Made by a program: the position numbers and the translations under genes | Source of the DNA: Naegleria gruberi | Taxonomy: Eukaryota | Assembly: GCA_000004985.1 (NCBI GenBank) | Contig: GG738856.1 | Length of the DNA stretch: 64,000 bases | Strand: one strand, 5' to 3' | The notes under the pieces: model-generated | Database searches by the model: none | Told to the model about the DNA's origin: nothing | Seen by the model: only the letters and a program-made list of their open reading frames with translations | In this document: piece after piece, positions 10,331 through 21,566 of the stretch | Layout of the letters: each line of letters opens with the position of its first letter | Numbering within the stretch: position 1 is the stretch's first letter

Positions 10331-10473
10331 GTCAACCATTTATTAAGATAGCAACATTATCAGGCCATCCTTAAGTACTTTAAAACAAACGAAACATATT
10401 GATAGTACAAATTCAGTGGCTGAACAATTGGTTTTGAATAAAGGATTATCAGCAATTGCTTAATGACTGTTAT

Positions 10474-10509
10474 GAGATTGTTTTTATACTAAGAATTAAG
10501 ATAAATGAT
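10474..10509 (+). promoter_or_regulatory. Conserved 5S upstream element, same block as at 6842-6874
   Basis: GAGATTGTTTTTATACTAAGAATTAAGATAAATGAT sits immediately 5' of 5S copy 3. Confidence 0.4.
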
Positions 10510-10629
10510 GGCTACGGCCATATCACGATGAATACACCTCATCCCGTCCGATTTGAGAAGTTAAGCATCGTCGAGCCACATCAGTACTGAGGTTGGAGAC
10601 AACTTGGGAACCTGTGGTGCTGTAGTCTT
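10510..10629 (+). rRNA. 5S ribosomal RNA gene, copy 3 (variant 'gatgaatacacc')
   Basis: Same 5S sequence with substitutions in the helix II/III region. A T-run terminator follows. Confidence 0.9.
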
Positions 10630-11077
10630 TTCTTTTTTATATGTTCATCAATGCCATTCTATATTAACTTTTTCTACGTCATAGAACAATTTGAAAGTTC
10701 AATAATTTATGATTAAAAGCTTATTAAAATTTTTAACCACAATTATTAATAGAATGTAAATTAATTGAATACATAGAGAGATCAACATTCATCATTCCAT
10801 AGCAATCACACTGCAATCCAACAACCAAAGGTATCATCAAAAGGCAACTTATGGGTTTGAGTACTCGATTGTGAAGTGGGTACACTAGCTCAGTTGTCTT
10901 TTTTCTATTTCCTAATCAATGAGTGTTTTTGGAGTATGTTGATACTTGGAAGCAAGTCTTTTCCTCATTTAAATTCAACTTTTTCTTCATATCCAGCAGA
11001 AATGAAACCTACAATCAAAATAACTATTGAATTGTAACATGTTGCAATTTCACAGAGAACTAATTGAGTGTGAAATG

Positions 11078-11127
11078 CATTTATTAAACTCAATTCTATA
11101 CATCAAAAACTATAAAACTAAAAACGA
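11078..11127 (+). repeat. 5S-downstream repeat, copy B
   Basis: 'TTTATTAAACTCAATTCTATACATCAAAAACTATAAAACTA' matches 4676-4722 with 2-3 differences. Confidence 0.6.
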
Positions 11128-11178
11128 TAATTGAACAATATCTTAATTTTCATTTAGAAACTGAGTTTTTATTAGCTC

Positions 11179-13617
11179 GTGCTCATAAACCATGTTAAAA
11201 ATTTTCACTTTTTCAAAAACTTCCTCTTTTCAAAAACGGACCAAATTTGTAGAATTATAGATGACCTCAAAGAAAAAATGAAGAGAAGGTATTGTCCTGT
11301 TGTTTTACGCTCTCTCCTTGGAGTATCATCATCATCTCGTAGTGGAAAAGGCTTGAATTCAATCAATTTTTCCTCAACTTTGCAAGCCAATCTAACAAAA
11401 AACATTTCGAATGGAATGTTATGTTCCGAGAATTTTCATCATCATCATCACGGAAGAAGTATTGGTTTGGATTATATTAAAACAGCTTTTAAAGCTTTTT
11501 CAAAGAGTGAAACTGTAAATTCGGAACCAAAGACTGCTAGTAGTGAAAAACAAATTCAAAACGAGTCATCTACAAGTACAACAATAATTGATTCCGAATT
11601 TTCCAAGGATAAAGAATACAAGAAATTGGAATCCATGGAAAAGAAGAGAAGATTTGAGAATATTATTAATTATTACGTGTTAAATTGCAAGAAAAAGCCA
11701 CTTGCTAATCCAGATAGAGATTTTGCTCTCTACAAATTCTTTTTGAATGCCTTTTCAATGATTAGACAGGCTCACAGTGCTTTGGATTGTTTAAACGAGT
11801 TGAAGGAAAAAACTCACAAACCAATTCCGAGCAGTTATTGTGATATTGTCATTCATTCATTACTTTCTTCGGGAAGAGAGGAAGAAGCTACAGCTCTCCT
11901 TAAGGAAATGGAAAACACAATGAATTTAGTAATTGAAGGACCAGACAAAACTACATATACTAGATTTTTCGAATACTATTCAAAGGAAGGTAAACTGTAT
12001 CCTGCTTTATCGTTATTAGAGTCCGTTCACAAACAATACTCTATCGATAAAGCAACTAAACAAACAATGAAATATCAGCCAGTTCCTCCAGATTTTCCAA
12101 TGTTTAAAGCTGCTCTGAAACTGCTGACTGAACAAGGAAAAATGAAATTGGCCTCTAACTGTCTTTATTTAATGACCAAACATTACAAAATAGATGTCAA
12201 TGCTCCAATTTATGAATTATTTTTGAATGGTTATTGCAAAATGGGAGATATTCACTCAGCTAAGGGATACTTTGAAAGTATTAAATCCTTACAAAAGGCA
12301 GGACATGCATCATTGAATACATTAAGATTAACATATATTACTTTCATCAAGGCACTCTGTGAAAGTGGAGATCTCAACTCTGCCGAAGAAGTTTTGAAAG
12401 AGTTTCATGAAAGAAAATTCCAGGAAGATCCAGCTTTAATTGGAGCATTTATTGAGGGACATGCCAAAACAGGAAATATTCAAGCTGCTCTGGATATTTA
12501 TCATCAGTCTAGGGAAGCAGGATTACATATTTTCCCAAGTTCATTTGCATCTTTGATAAGGTCTTTTTGTAAGATGGGCAATTTTGAAATGGCCAACAGA
12601 ATTCTTGAGGAAGCTTTTACTACCTTTAAGGGAACAAGAGGTGATGAGCCATTGTCATACTGTTCTAACTTTTTACTGAGAGGATATTTGGATGCAGGAA
12701 AGCTTGTAGAAGCTTCCCACCTTTTTGAAAAGATGAAGTCAAGCGGTCAAAAGATAACTTCACACACATATAACTCATTAATTAACGGATTTTGCAAAGC
12801 AAATAATCAACAAAGAGCTATAGAAATTGTTGGAGAAATGAAAAACTCTCATGTTCAGCCAGATATTTACTCAATAGCACCAATTATTCAATCATTCTTA
12901 CAGAGCAATAACTTGGAGAATGCTCAAATGTTTTTGGATTTTGCAACTAAAAAGTTTAACATCAAGACAAATTTCCACATTTGTTGCATGTTTGTTCAAT
13001 ATGGTACTGTGCAAAGAAATGCAGAAATTGTTAATCAATATTATCAAAAGGGTATTGAATATGCTAAGAAAAATAGCTCTGAGAATTCTTTATACTTTTA
13101 CAATCAGGTACTTAATTATCATGCAATTTTCGGTAATGTTGAATTGTGTGAAAAAGTGCTATTAGATATGGCTAACATGTATACCCATCCAAACACTATC
13201 TCCTATCTTTACACCAGTACTGCTTTCGCTTTGCAATCCAAATTCTTAGAATCTAGGAAATATTTACAAAAGGTACCTGGCATTACTGTAGACGAAAATA
13301 GTAAGGAGGCACTGAGTTTGCCAGAATTGAAATTTATATTTCTCAAACTTATTGAAACCAAGTCTTTTTCATTAGCAAACACATTACTATATGATTGTCT
13401 TTTGCCAAATGGCATTGTTGATTTGGATATCTTGCACACTGGAATGAAATTGAATCTTGAAGTTGTGGACAGAGTTCAAAAATTATATGATTCATGTATC
13501 AAGTATAGTATTGAACCAGTTAGAGAAACAGAAGACCTTTTGCTTAAATCCAAGAGAATGGCAGAAAGTGAAAGCATTACAGAAGTATCAGACTTTGTAA
13601 AAGTGGTACGATATTAA
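11179..13617 (+). CDS. Pentatricopeptide-repeat (PPR) protein, probably organellar RNA-binding
   Basis: There are multiple 35-aa PPR units, for example 'YNSLINGFCKANNQQRAIEIVGEMKNSHVQPDIYSI' and 'TYITFIKALCESGDLNSAEEVLKEF'. The N-terminus has a basic, hydroxylated presequence-like stretch. Confidence 0.85.
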   Translation: MLINHVKNFHFFKNFLFSKTDQICRIIDDLKEKMKRRYCPVVLRSLLGVSSSSRSGKGLNSINFSSTLQANLTKNISNGMLCSENFHHHHHGRSIGLDYIKTAFKAFSKSETVNSEPKTASSEKQIQNESSTSTTIIDSEFSKDKEYKKLESMEKKRRFENIINYYVLNCKKKPLANPDRDFALYKFFLNAFSMIRQAHSALDCLNELKEKTHKPIPSSYCDIVIHSLLSSGREEEATALLKEMENTMNLVIEGPDKTTYTRFFEYYSKEGKLYPALSLLESVHKQYSIDKATKQTMKYQPVPPDFPMFKAALKLLTEQGKMKLASNCLYLMTKHYKIDVNAPIYELFLNGYCKMGDIHSAKGYFESIKSLQKAGHASLNTLRLTYITFIKALCESGDLNSAEEVLKEFHERKFQEDPALIGAFIEGHAKTGNIQAALDIYHQSREAGLHIFPSSFASLIRSFCKMGNFEMANRILEEAFTTFKGTRGDEPLSYCSNFLLRGYLDAGKLVEASHLFEKMKSSGQKITSHTYNSLINGFCKANNQQRAIEIVGEMKNSHVQPDIYSIAPIIQSFLQSNNLENAQMFLDFATKKFNIKTNFHICCMFVQYGTVQRNAEIVNQYYQKGIEYAKKNSSENSLYFYNQVLNYHAIFGNVELCEKVLLDMANMYTHPNTISYLYTSTAFALQSKFLESRKYLQKVPGITVDENSKEALSLPELKFIFLKLIETKSFSLANTLLYDCLLPNGIVDLDILHTGMKLNLEVVDRVQKLYDSCIKYSIEPVRETEDLLLKSKRMAESESITEVSDFVKVVRY

Positions 13618-13620
13618 ATT

Positions 13621-16600
13621 TTACCTTTTATTGATTTTAGGATTAAACGAACACTCTTCCAATTCCTTTTCAATCAAACCATTCCTCAACATTTGAATTT
13701 TCTTATCACGAACCTCTTTATAGGCCATCATATTATCTACACGATCTTGAAAGTTTTCTCCTTCGAATGGATCAAGCTTTCTTGAATATTCTGATATTTT
13801 TGGTGTGAATTGTAAATCTCTATTCTCTATAGCCAACTGAAGTTCAATTTGATTTTGTAATAACTTGATTTGGGAAGCTAAATCTTCCAAGTTCAATCTC
13901 GCTTGTGAACTAGAAAGGAAAGTTCTGAATTGATCATAATTAAGAACAGCCTTGTTTCCAAAATTATGCTCTAAAAGTGGAACGACTAATGCCATTGGTT
14001 CTCCAAATTTTTCTAGCAATGGTTCAATAACACCGTGAAGCTTTCCAACTTGCATATTATCAGAGTTAGATTCAATACAGAATAAATTGAATAAGGAGAA
14101 TATCCTCTTCTCCTTCATGCCTTGGATGTATTTTGTACTCTCCTTGTTTGTGTGTCTAGTTGCTGCAATATTTTCAAGATATTGATCATATTGCTCCTTA
14201 ATGAATTGTCTTCTCTTTTGAACTTCCACTCCTTGTTTGTACAAATGTTCACAAATGTCAGACCTATCTGAGATGTCATTGTTATTGATTTGTGGTTTGA
14301 AAGGATTTTCCTTTTCAAAAACTTTCTCTCTCAGCTCTTCCATCTTTTTTTCTTTAATTTTTCCTGATTCCAACATTCTATTGATAAATGCTTGTTCTTC
14401 CTCTGGATTCTTCCACACTTTTGGTTTAACTAGTTGTTTCTTTTCTTCCTCTTCTCTCATATTTACAGCACTTTCAAATTACTTAGGAATTTAGTTGTTG
14501 AAATACTTACACTTGTCTTATTTTGGCATTTTGTTCTTCTTTTTCTTTAGCTTCCTCGAAAAGTTTTTTGTAAATTGGTCCTTCTTCTTTTGATCTTTTT
14601 TGTGAAATCAATTCGTTTGTTTTCTTGCTTAGATTTGGGGTAAATGTACACTCGGACATACTTTCTTTCATTATATAGTATTCCTTTACTCTTCTTCTCC
14701 TAGAGTCTTGTCTCATGAGTCTCATCTCTTCTAAACTTCCTGCACTACTATGAGCTCTGAGTTCAAAAGTTGGAGACTCTCCACTATTTCTCTTAAATGA
14801 TTCCATTGGTGAGTCAATCTCCCTAAATGTTCCCGATGCATGATATTTTCTGTTAATAATCTCGATAGAATTCCTGTTAAGAATAGGTTTTTCTCTCATT
14901 TCTTGCATTACCTTGGCTTCTTGTATCTTTTTCTGATTTGTAGCCCATTCCCTAGCTTTTGCCTGTTTTTCAATTCCTCCTTCATAAAGCCTATCAACAA
15001 TTTTATCACATAGAGCAGAGCTGGCACTACCAGGTCTTGTTTTCCTAGATTCTGATACGGGTTGGTCAAGAGAAATTGTGACTTTTCTTGTTCCCGCAGC
15101 TGATGAAGGCCTCTTAGTGAGTGAAGGTGATGTTGGCCTTATTATTGTTTTTCGTCTCTCTGTATTATTCATTGGTTCCGAAAGAGAGGAAGATGGTCTC
15201 CGTGTTAAACTAGATGCAGATGAAGGTCTATTTGTTGTTGTCTTCATCTTGGGAGTAGAAGATCTGTTAGGTTCTGAATTGCTCTCCTTTGTCTTTGAAC
15301 TTGTCTTTTTCTTGAGAGGTTCTTCATCTTCCGAACCTGACTTTTTCTTCATGTTTTTGCTCTTTTTCTTTTTTTCTGTTTTGCCTTGCTTTGATTCTTT
15401 TTCACTAAGAGTTTTATCCTCCTCAGCTTGGATTTTAGGGTCACACATTGGAGATGAGTACGATTCCTTAATTGTTTCCTCATTGTGTAAGATTGGAGCC
15501 TGTCGCATAATATTGTCAATGATTTGAAGTTTTTCCTTTGGAGAAAATTCACCCTCTGTTAAAAGATCTTCTGTTAAGGTTTTGATCACTTCTTTCTGCT
15601 TTTCAACAAGTGATTGGTATTTTTCCCTCTCAGTTTTGAGGAGGTATATTTGTTTGACTAATACTTCAGGTTCATCCTCTTTAATATTATCCGATGAGGA
15701 TACTAGAGTTTTGCCCATAAACTCCATCTTGTTGTGCAATAATTGGGAATACCCTTTCTTTGGCTTGGTTTCCATTGGTTTGTTTTTAGAGACAATGTGT
15801 GACTTGGTCTTTGCTAGCTCGACATCATGTTCCATCTGTTCAATTTCTACAAGCTTTTCCAGATTTTCAAGATCCTTCTCATATTTTCTTCTTGATGCTT
15901 TCAGTCTTTCCAATTCTCTATTTTCTTTATCCCATCTCTCCAATTTTAGAGATGTATTGAGATCAATAGGTTGACCTAATTTTGCAAACTCATCGGTCAA
16001 CTTTTCTTTGGATGAGCTTCTATCCTTAAAGTATTGTCTAAGCAATGCTTTTCTTGCATATTTGTATTTAGCATCCAAATTTAGGGTTAATGATATTGGT
16101 TGTTGTTGACTGGAGACTGGAAGAGACTCAGGAGGTGGAAGATCACTTAGCCTCTTTGAAGCCACTCCTTTTGCTATTTGGCTATCCTTTTTCAGATCAT
16201 CTTTCAGTTTAGTAAGCTCGGATTCTAAAAACATGGTCAATTCTTTATGCTCCAATTGGGCTAGCTCTTGTGAAGGGGATCCTGTCTTCATTCTAATTTC
16301 TTCCTGTTCTTCAATATCTGAAACATTGTGTTCAGGGGTATGTTCCTCAACGAAATAACTTTGTTTCACCCTTGGAGATATCTTTTTTGGAATTTCTTCC
16401 TTAGATACTGATTTAACCAAATGCTTGTTAGAATTTTGTGGGACTGAAATAGATTTAATTTCTTCCTCCTCATGGTGATTGTACATCTGTTCTTGAATCT
16501 CTTCTTGATAATTTTGTGCTTCTGTTATTTCGTCATCGCTTGATAATTCAGGATCTTCATCATCAAGATAATACTGATCAAAGTTGTCATTCTTAGTTTG

Positions 16601-17566
16601 ATACTTTGGTTCCTCAATAATTTCTTCTTCATAGTGTTCTTCTCCTGTAACCTCTATGTCGAGATTAGACTGGTTGAGATCAAAATATGTTGGTTCTTCT
16701 GGATCATATTGAGTTTGTTGAATGTTGTTAGTATTTTCAATTAGAATTTCATCCTTGGTTTCATTTTCCATGTTAATAATTTCTGTTTCATTAATTGCTT
16801 TTTTAAATACCTCAGGAGAAGAAAAATTATCCTGTTTCATTGGGTTATCCTCAATTTTAGATTCTTCCTGAATAAATGAATCCTCAAGTTTTTGAGAAGA
16901 GATGCTGCTCGGTGGTATTACTACTGGCATTGTGGAGTTTGCAAAAGATTCCTCATCAGTTTGGAAACTTCCAATTCTTTCTCTGTCAGTGGTAATGTCA
17001 ACTGGCTTTGGAGATGGTGGTCTTTGAATTGATTCATTGTTGATACTCATTGATTGATTTAAAGAAGGGAATTCATCATCTGAATCCTCAGATGGTGTTG
17101 TTGTAACATCTGCTGTTTTTATCTCTTTAGAGGATGCTTTTGGAATTTTGTACACATTGCTTGTTGCAGTATAGAATGGTGTTTCTTCCTCACTTTCAGA
17201 GTTGTCTGCTATTTTAATTTGATTGAGTTTATGTACAATGGAAGAACTTTCATTGTTTGTGATTTCTGTTTTAGGTTGTAACTTAGAAGTTTCTGGACTC
17301 GACACTGGACAATCCAATGTTTCTGCTGTCATTATATTATCAGCAAAAACTTGCAAATTCCCCTTTTTTGACTGAGCTCTTGGAAACGATAAATCGTCAC
17401 CAAATTCGTTTCTCTTATTAAATTGACTAGTTTTGTAAGAGCTATATGCTCTATTAGAGGATTTAGGAACCATTTGGATGAAATTGCTCTTCTTTTCTGG
17501 CTCATTTGAAGAGGTTGGAACAACATTCCCACAAATTGTCTCGGAGGTTGCATCAATAGCACTCAC
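13621..17566 (-). CDS. Large Ser/Glu/Lys-rich protein. Two adjacent ORFs (17566-14507 and 14460-13621) each end with an EC[ST]F[TN]PxL/I[SN]K motif. This is either one gene with a 64-nt intron (GTGTAAGT...GAAGAG) or two tandem related genes.
   Basis: ORFs of 1019 aa and 279 aa in different frames, separated by 46 bp. The C-terminal motifs are 'ECTFTPNLSKK' and 'ECSFNPKINKR', and 'NPFKPQIN' also occurs. A candidate 5' splice site GTGTAAGT sits at the end of the first ORF. Confidence 0.6.
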
Positions 17567-17957
17567 ATTTGGTTCAGATATTTGATCGAGCTTGTCCTCC
17601 TTCTTTTTCTTATTCCCTATTCATGATGATGTGTTTAAATATATTTTATGATGATGATTACTACTACTCACTTTTAATCATATTCCAGAGACCCATTTTC
17701 AAATATTCAATATTCGGATGATGATGGATATTGAATTTGAGAAAATGTAGTGTAACGAACTACCTTAATTTTTTTTAAACTGTTTTTTCTGATTTGAAAT
17801 GGCGCGAAGTGTTTTTCTCTTTTACCGTTACTAAGACTATTGTTGATGGAGAAGCAAATGTCAGTGCAAATCTTGCTTCTTTGATGTTATTGTAGTTCTT
17901 TTTTCATACTTAATGTTCAAAAAGACAGGTCAGTTACAAGAAAAAAGAAAACTATTT

Positions 17958-19462
17958 TTAATGTTGAAGAGCAATACCCTTATCTGCAGTACTACTAGTA
18001 GCGATCTTATCATCACCATATGATAATTTCTTTTGAGAAGTGTAGGCAAAGTTTTTGAATGGGTTGCTATCAGAATTGTCTTCTTGATCGACGGTATTTT
18101 CATCCTCTTCTTCATTGTCACTATCGACAAGTGGTCTGAAATTGGAGGTATCTTCTGGATCAGAAACTTGAAGAACAATTGGTGGATGTTCATTTCTAAT
18201 TAAAGCCCAATTGATACCCTTGAAGAATGGATGTACCTTAATATCAGAAGCACCATTCTTGTGACCCAATCTCTTATCTTGATCAGATACTAAAAGCTTC
18301 TTGATAAGTTCCTTACAAGCTTTTGAGACAGGTTTGTCTTTGGGGAAATCCAATTTTTTGTGAAGAATACTATTAAAAGTATCTTTTTGTGAAGATCCCT
18401 TGAATGGAGTAGTACCAAAAAGCATTTCATAAATCAGAATACCAAAAGTCCACCAATCGACAGTTGAAGTATGTCCACAACCAGCAATAATTTCAGGACT
18501 GAGGTATTCAGCAGTTCCGACAAAGCTGTTAAATTGTTGAATTTGTTTTGTATCCAATTTACTCTTCTTATCTGATGAGAAAAATCCTTTAACAATTTTT
18601 GGAGTGACTGTTTGCACAGTTTGTTTAGAAAGATCAAAATCTGTAAGTCTGACATGTCCACTTTGGTGAAGTAAAATATTTTCTAATTTTCGTTAATATT
18701 AGTATTAATAATAATGAATATTCCATCATGAACATGATAAAAACATACCTGGTTTCAAATCACGATAGATAAAGCCCATAAAGTGCAAATATTCCAAAGC
18801 AAGAAGAACTTCAGCAGCATAGAATCTAACTGATGATTCTGGAAGACATTTTCCTGGTTGTTTTTGAAGCATACGGAAGAACTCTCCTCCACTACAATAT
18901 TCCATGATGAAATAAAGTTTATCCTTTGATTGGAAAGAGCTATAGAGAGTGACAATGAAAGGGTGATCTGTTGTTGCAAGAATTTCACGTTCGGTTAAAA
19001 CTCTTTTAACCTTATTTCTTTGAATCATTTCTTCCTTCTTTAAAACCTTCATGGCGAAATATCTACCAGTTTCCTTGTGTCTAACCAAATAAACTTTACC
19101 AACTATTTCCGATTGTGTAAGAAGTTACTACTATATAATAAATTTTAAAACATACCATCTCCACGACCTAAAAGTCTAATCTTTTTAAAGTGGCTTGGAC
19201 GAAGGTTCTTGTAATCAAATTTCTGTTTAGTTTCCGACAATGTATCAACACAAACACTGGTTTGATTGGACAAGGCCATTTCCTCAGCCATTAAATCAGA
19301 GAAGGACATATTGTGAGGAATTTGTCTGGCAAACACAGTTGGTTGTGCAATTTCAACATTGGCATTAGAATTGGATGTATGACTGGAAGACTCGGATGTA
19401 TCATCACGCATCGGTGATGTTGGTTGTGTTACTGTAGAAGTAGTATTATGATTATCACTCAT
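17958..19462 (-). CDS. AGC-family Ser/Thr protein kinase (AGCVIII/FPK1-like with DFD and an activation-loop insert). Three exons: join(19462..19156, 19102..18747, 18682..17958).
   Basis: The glycine loop LGRGD|VGKVYLV is split by intron 1 (GTATGT...AAATAG, 53 nt). RDLKP|ENILL is split by intron 2 (GTATGTTTTT...AAAATTAG, 64 nt). '[10 protein letters not shown]' is followed by the insert and then '[11 protein letters not shown]'. A C-terminal AGC tail is present. Confidence 0.85.
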
Positions 19463-20018
19463 TTTGTATTATGATTCGAGCTTTTTCGAAAAAGAGAGAA
19501 TTAAAATAGTTAGGGGAGAAGGAAAAATAAGAGAGTGTATATATCGTGTGTCGGTTGGGTTTTATAAAACAAGCAGGTACAAAAAGTAGTGTTGTACTCA
19601 GCAATGTTATTCTTGGTGTGTTGATGATTGATTTCGAGCGAACAAACGCTTTCTCTAATTTTTTTGGCTAAAGAAGAACGTTCTAGAGAATCAGAGAGCG
19701 AAAAAACTACAAATATTAACCTCAAACATAAACGGAATGGTCACCATAATTGGTAGTCATCAGAATCGTTTTTTTAATAATATTTATTAAATTATTTAAT
19801 ATTTGAATTGAAATATAATTGATTACAATGCTATGAAAAAGAAAGTGAATGTATGTTGAAATGAGTTTTAAAAGATCTTGTAATAATATCAAAGACAATT
19901 TTGAACTCGAGAGGTAATATTTATCAAAATATCTTCATGGCATATCAACATGTGTGAGAATTCGGTTCTCCGATTCCTTTCCTCTTCTTGTTCTATTTGG
20001 AAAATATCTATTTGAATT

Positions 20019-21413
20019 TTATTCATCTTCCTCTTCTGGCATTAGAATAATCTTTCTGAAAAATTGATTCAATTCAAATCGACACGCAAGTGCTAGTAAA
20101 TCCTCAACTCTGAATAATGCTCTATCAATTTCCAGTAATTGAGATTTGGTCTTATATTCCTTGAGGAATGTGAAAATATCAGAAATGAATTCATTGTTGG
20201 TGTTAGCAACAGTTCTGTAAGCTTTTATCAGAATGTTGGAATCAATCTCTCTAGTTCTCTGGTTGATAATTCCATTCTCGTAAAGATATTGATGAATGAG
20301 CAATTTCACTTGCAGAGTTAGATTGTGGTAAGATTCCAAAATTGGATTTAATGATTTCAACAAGATTTGGATCAAGTGGTGCATGTACAATATGTCGTTT
20401 CATACGAAACTCCACCCGATGAAAACTGTCAAGATGATATTCATACATTATTCCACTAGAACTATCTGAATGTAAGGTTGGATTGTACGTTGATGTAATA
20501 ATATTGCAATATCGTTTATCCACAACCAATAAATCACCAGTATCGTTCATGATTGTTCCATATGAACAATCTCCATGTAAATTCAAATGTCGAAATTTTC
20601 CAAATATGTCTGTCTCAATAGATACAACTCGATTCCTACTAAAATCTGGTGCAAAATAAATTATCAAACTTTCACATGTGGTTATAATTTTCAAATTATC
20701 CGCATCGTCCAAACACATGGAGGTCCAACTACTCGTGTTAATATTCCACCTATTGCTTTGAGATCCATCGGAGCTTTTTATTGCCTTAATAGATGAAATT
20801 GTGAATAAGATCAATTCTCAAAAATTGTAAAAACTTACCAACAGTTCGTTTTTTACACATATCAACAACTCATCCGTTGATTTTCTATAGACAGTTCTAT
20901 CACTGCAAATGTTGCTTGTCCATGCATGTTCAAAGTTTTGTGAGAATTAATCTTGGTAATTGAATTATCAAGACGTGTGCAGATGAGAAAATCCTGATCA
21001 TTATCTCCTTCAACAAGAATTACCTGCCTTGTGATGAATGGAAAGTTCAGTCGATACTTGGGCAGTTGAGACTCCAAGTCGAACACTATCATGTATTTCG
21101 AAAAAGTAGCTAGCAGCAGTTGTTTCTTATTGTGAACAGCAACAGAGTATGGTGTGGAATTGCATGGAAATATCTCATCATGATGATATAGCTCTTGCTC
21201 CAGAAAGTATACTACTCGAGTTTGCCTTAATGACTTCACTAGAAAGTCCTGCATTGGATGATTTTTCAACGGTCCATCAAGTATAAGAGTGGTTAATGCA
21301 CAAATCATGTGTGTATCTCCTCCCACCTCACAAAAAGACTCAAAATCACATTGATGTTCATCATCTTCCTGTAGGGAAAGTTTGACTTTTTTCAATGGAC
21401 GAAATTCACACAT
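20019..21413 (-). CDS. Hypothetical multi-exon gene, with ORF fragments at 21413-20862, 20814-20251 and 20390-20019. Function unknown.
   Basis: Three consecutive minus-strand ORFs are separated by short AT-rich gaps, which fits exons of one gene. No recognisable motif. Confidence 0.45.
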
Positions 21414-21566
21414 TTTTTATAAAGAGGTACATCTTTATTAAGACGCGTGGGTCTGTCATCCAGAATAAGCTTTAATACCACCATTCCAGAAATATTGCAA
21501 CACCAAAAGTGATTCTGGTTAAGGAAAATTCTGTAGTTGGTCAAGTTAGCAAACGTTTTAGGATTT

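Noticed and set aside
10830-10890. tRNA A-box-like 'GGGTACACTAGCTCAGTTGTCTTTTTTC'
   Set aside because: It cannot be folded into a complete cloverleaf: there is no anticodon arm or T-arm. It is kept only as a feature of the possible 450-bp insertion.
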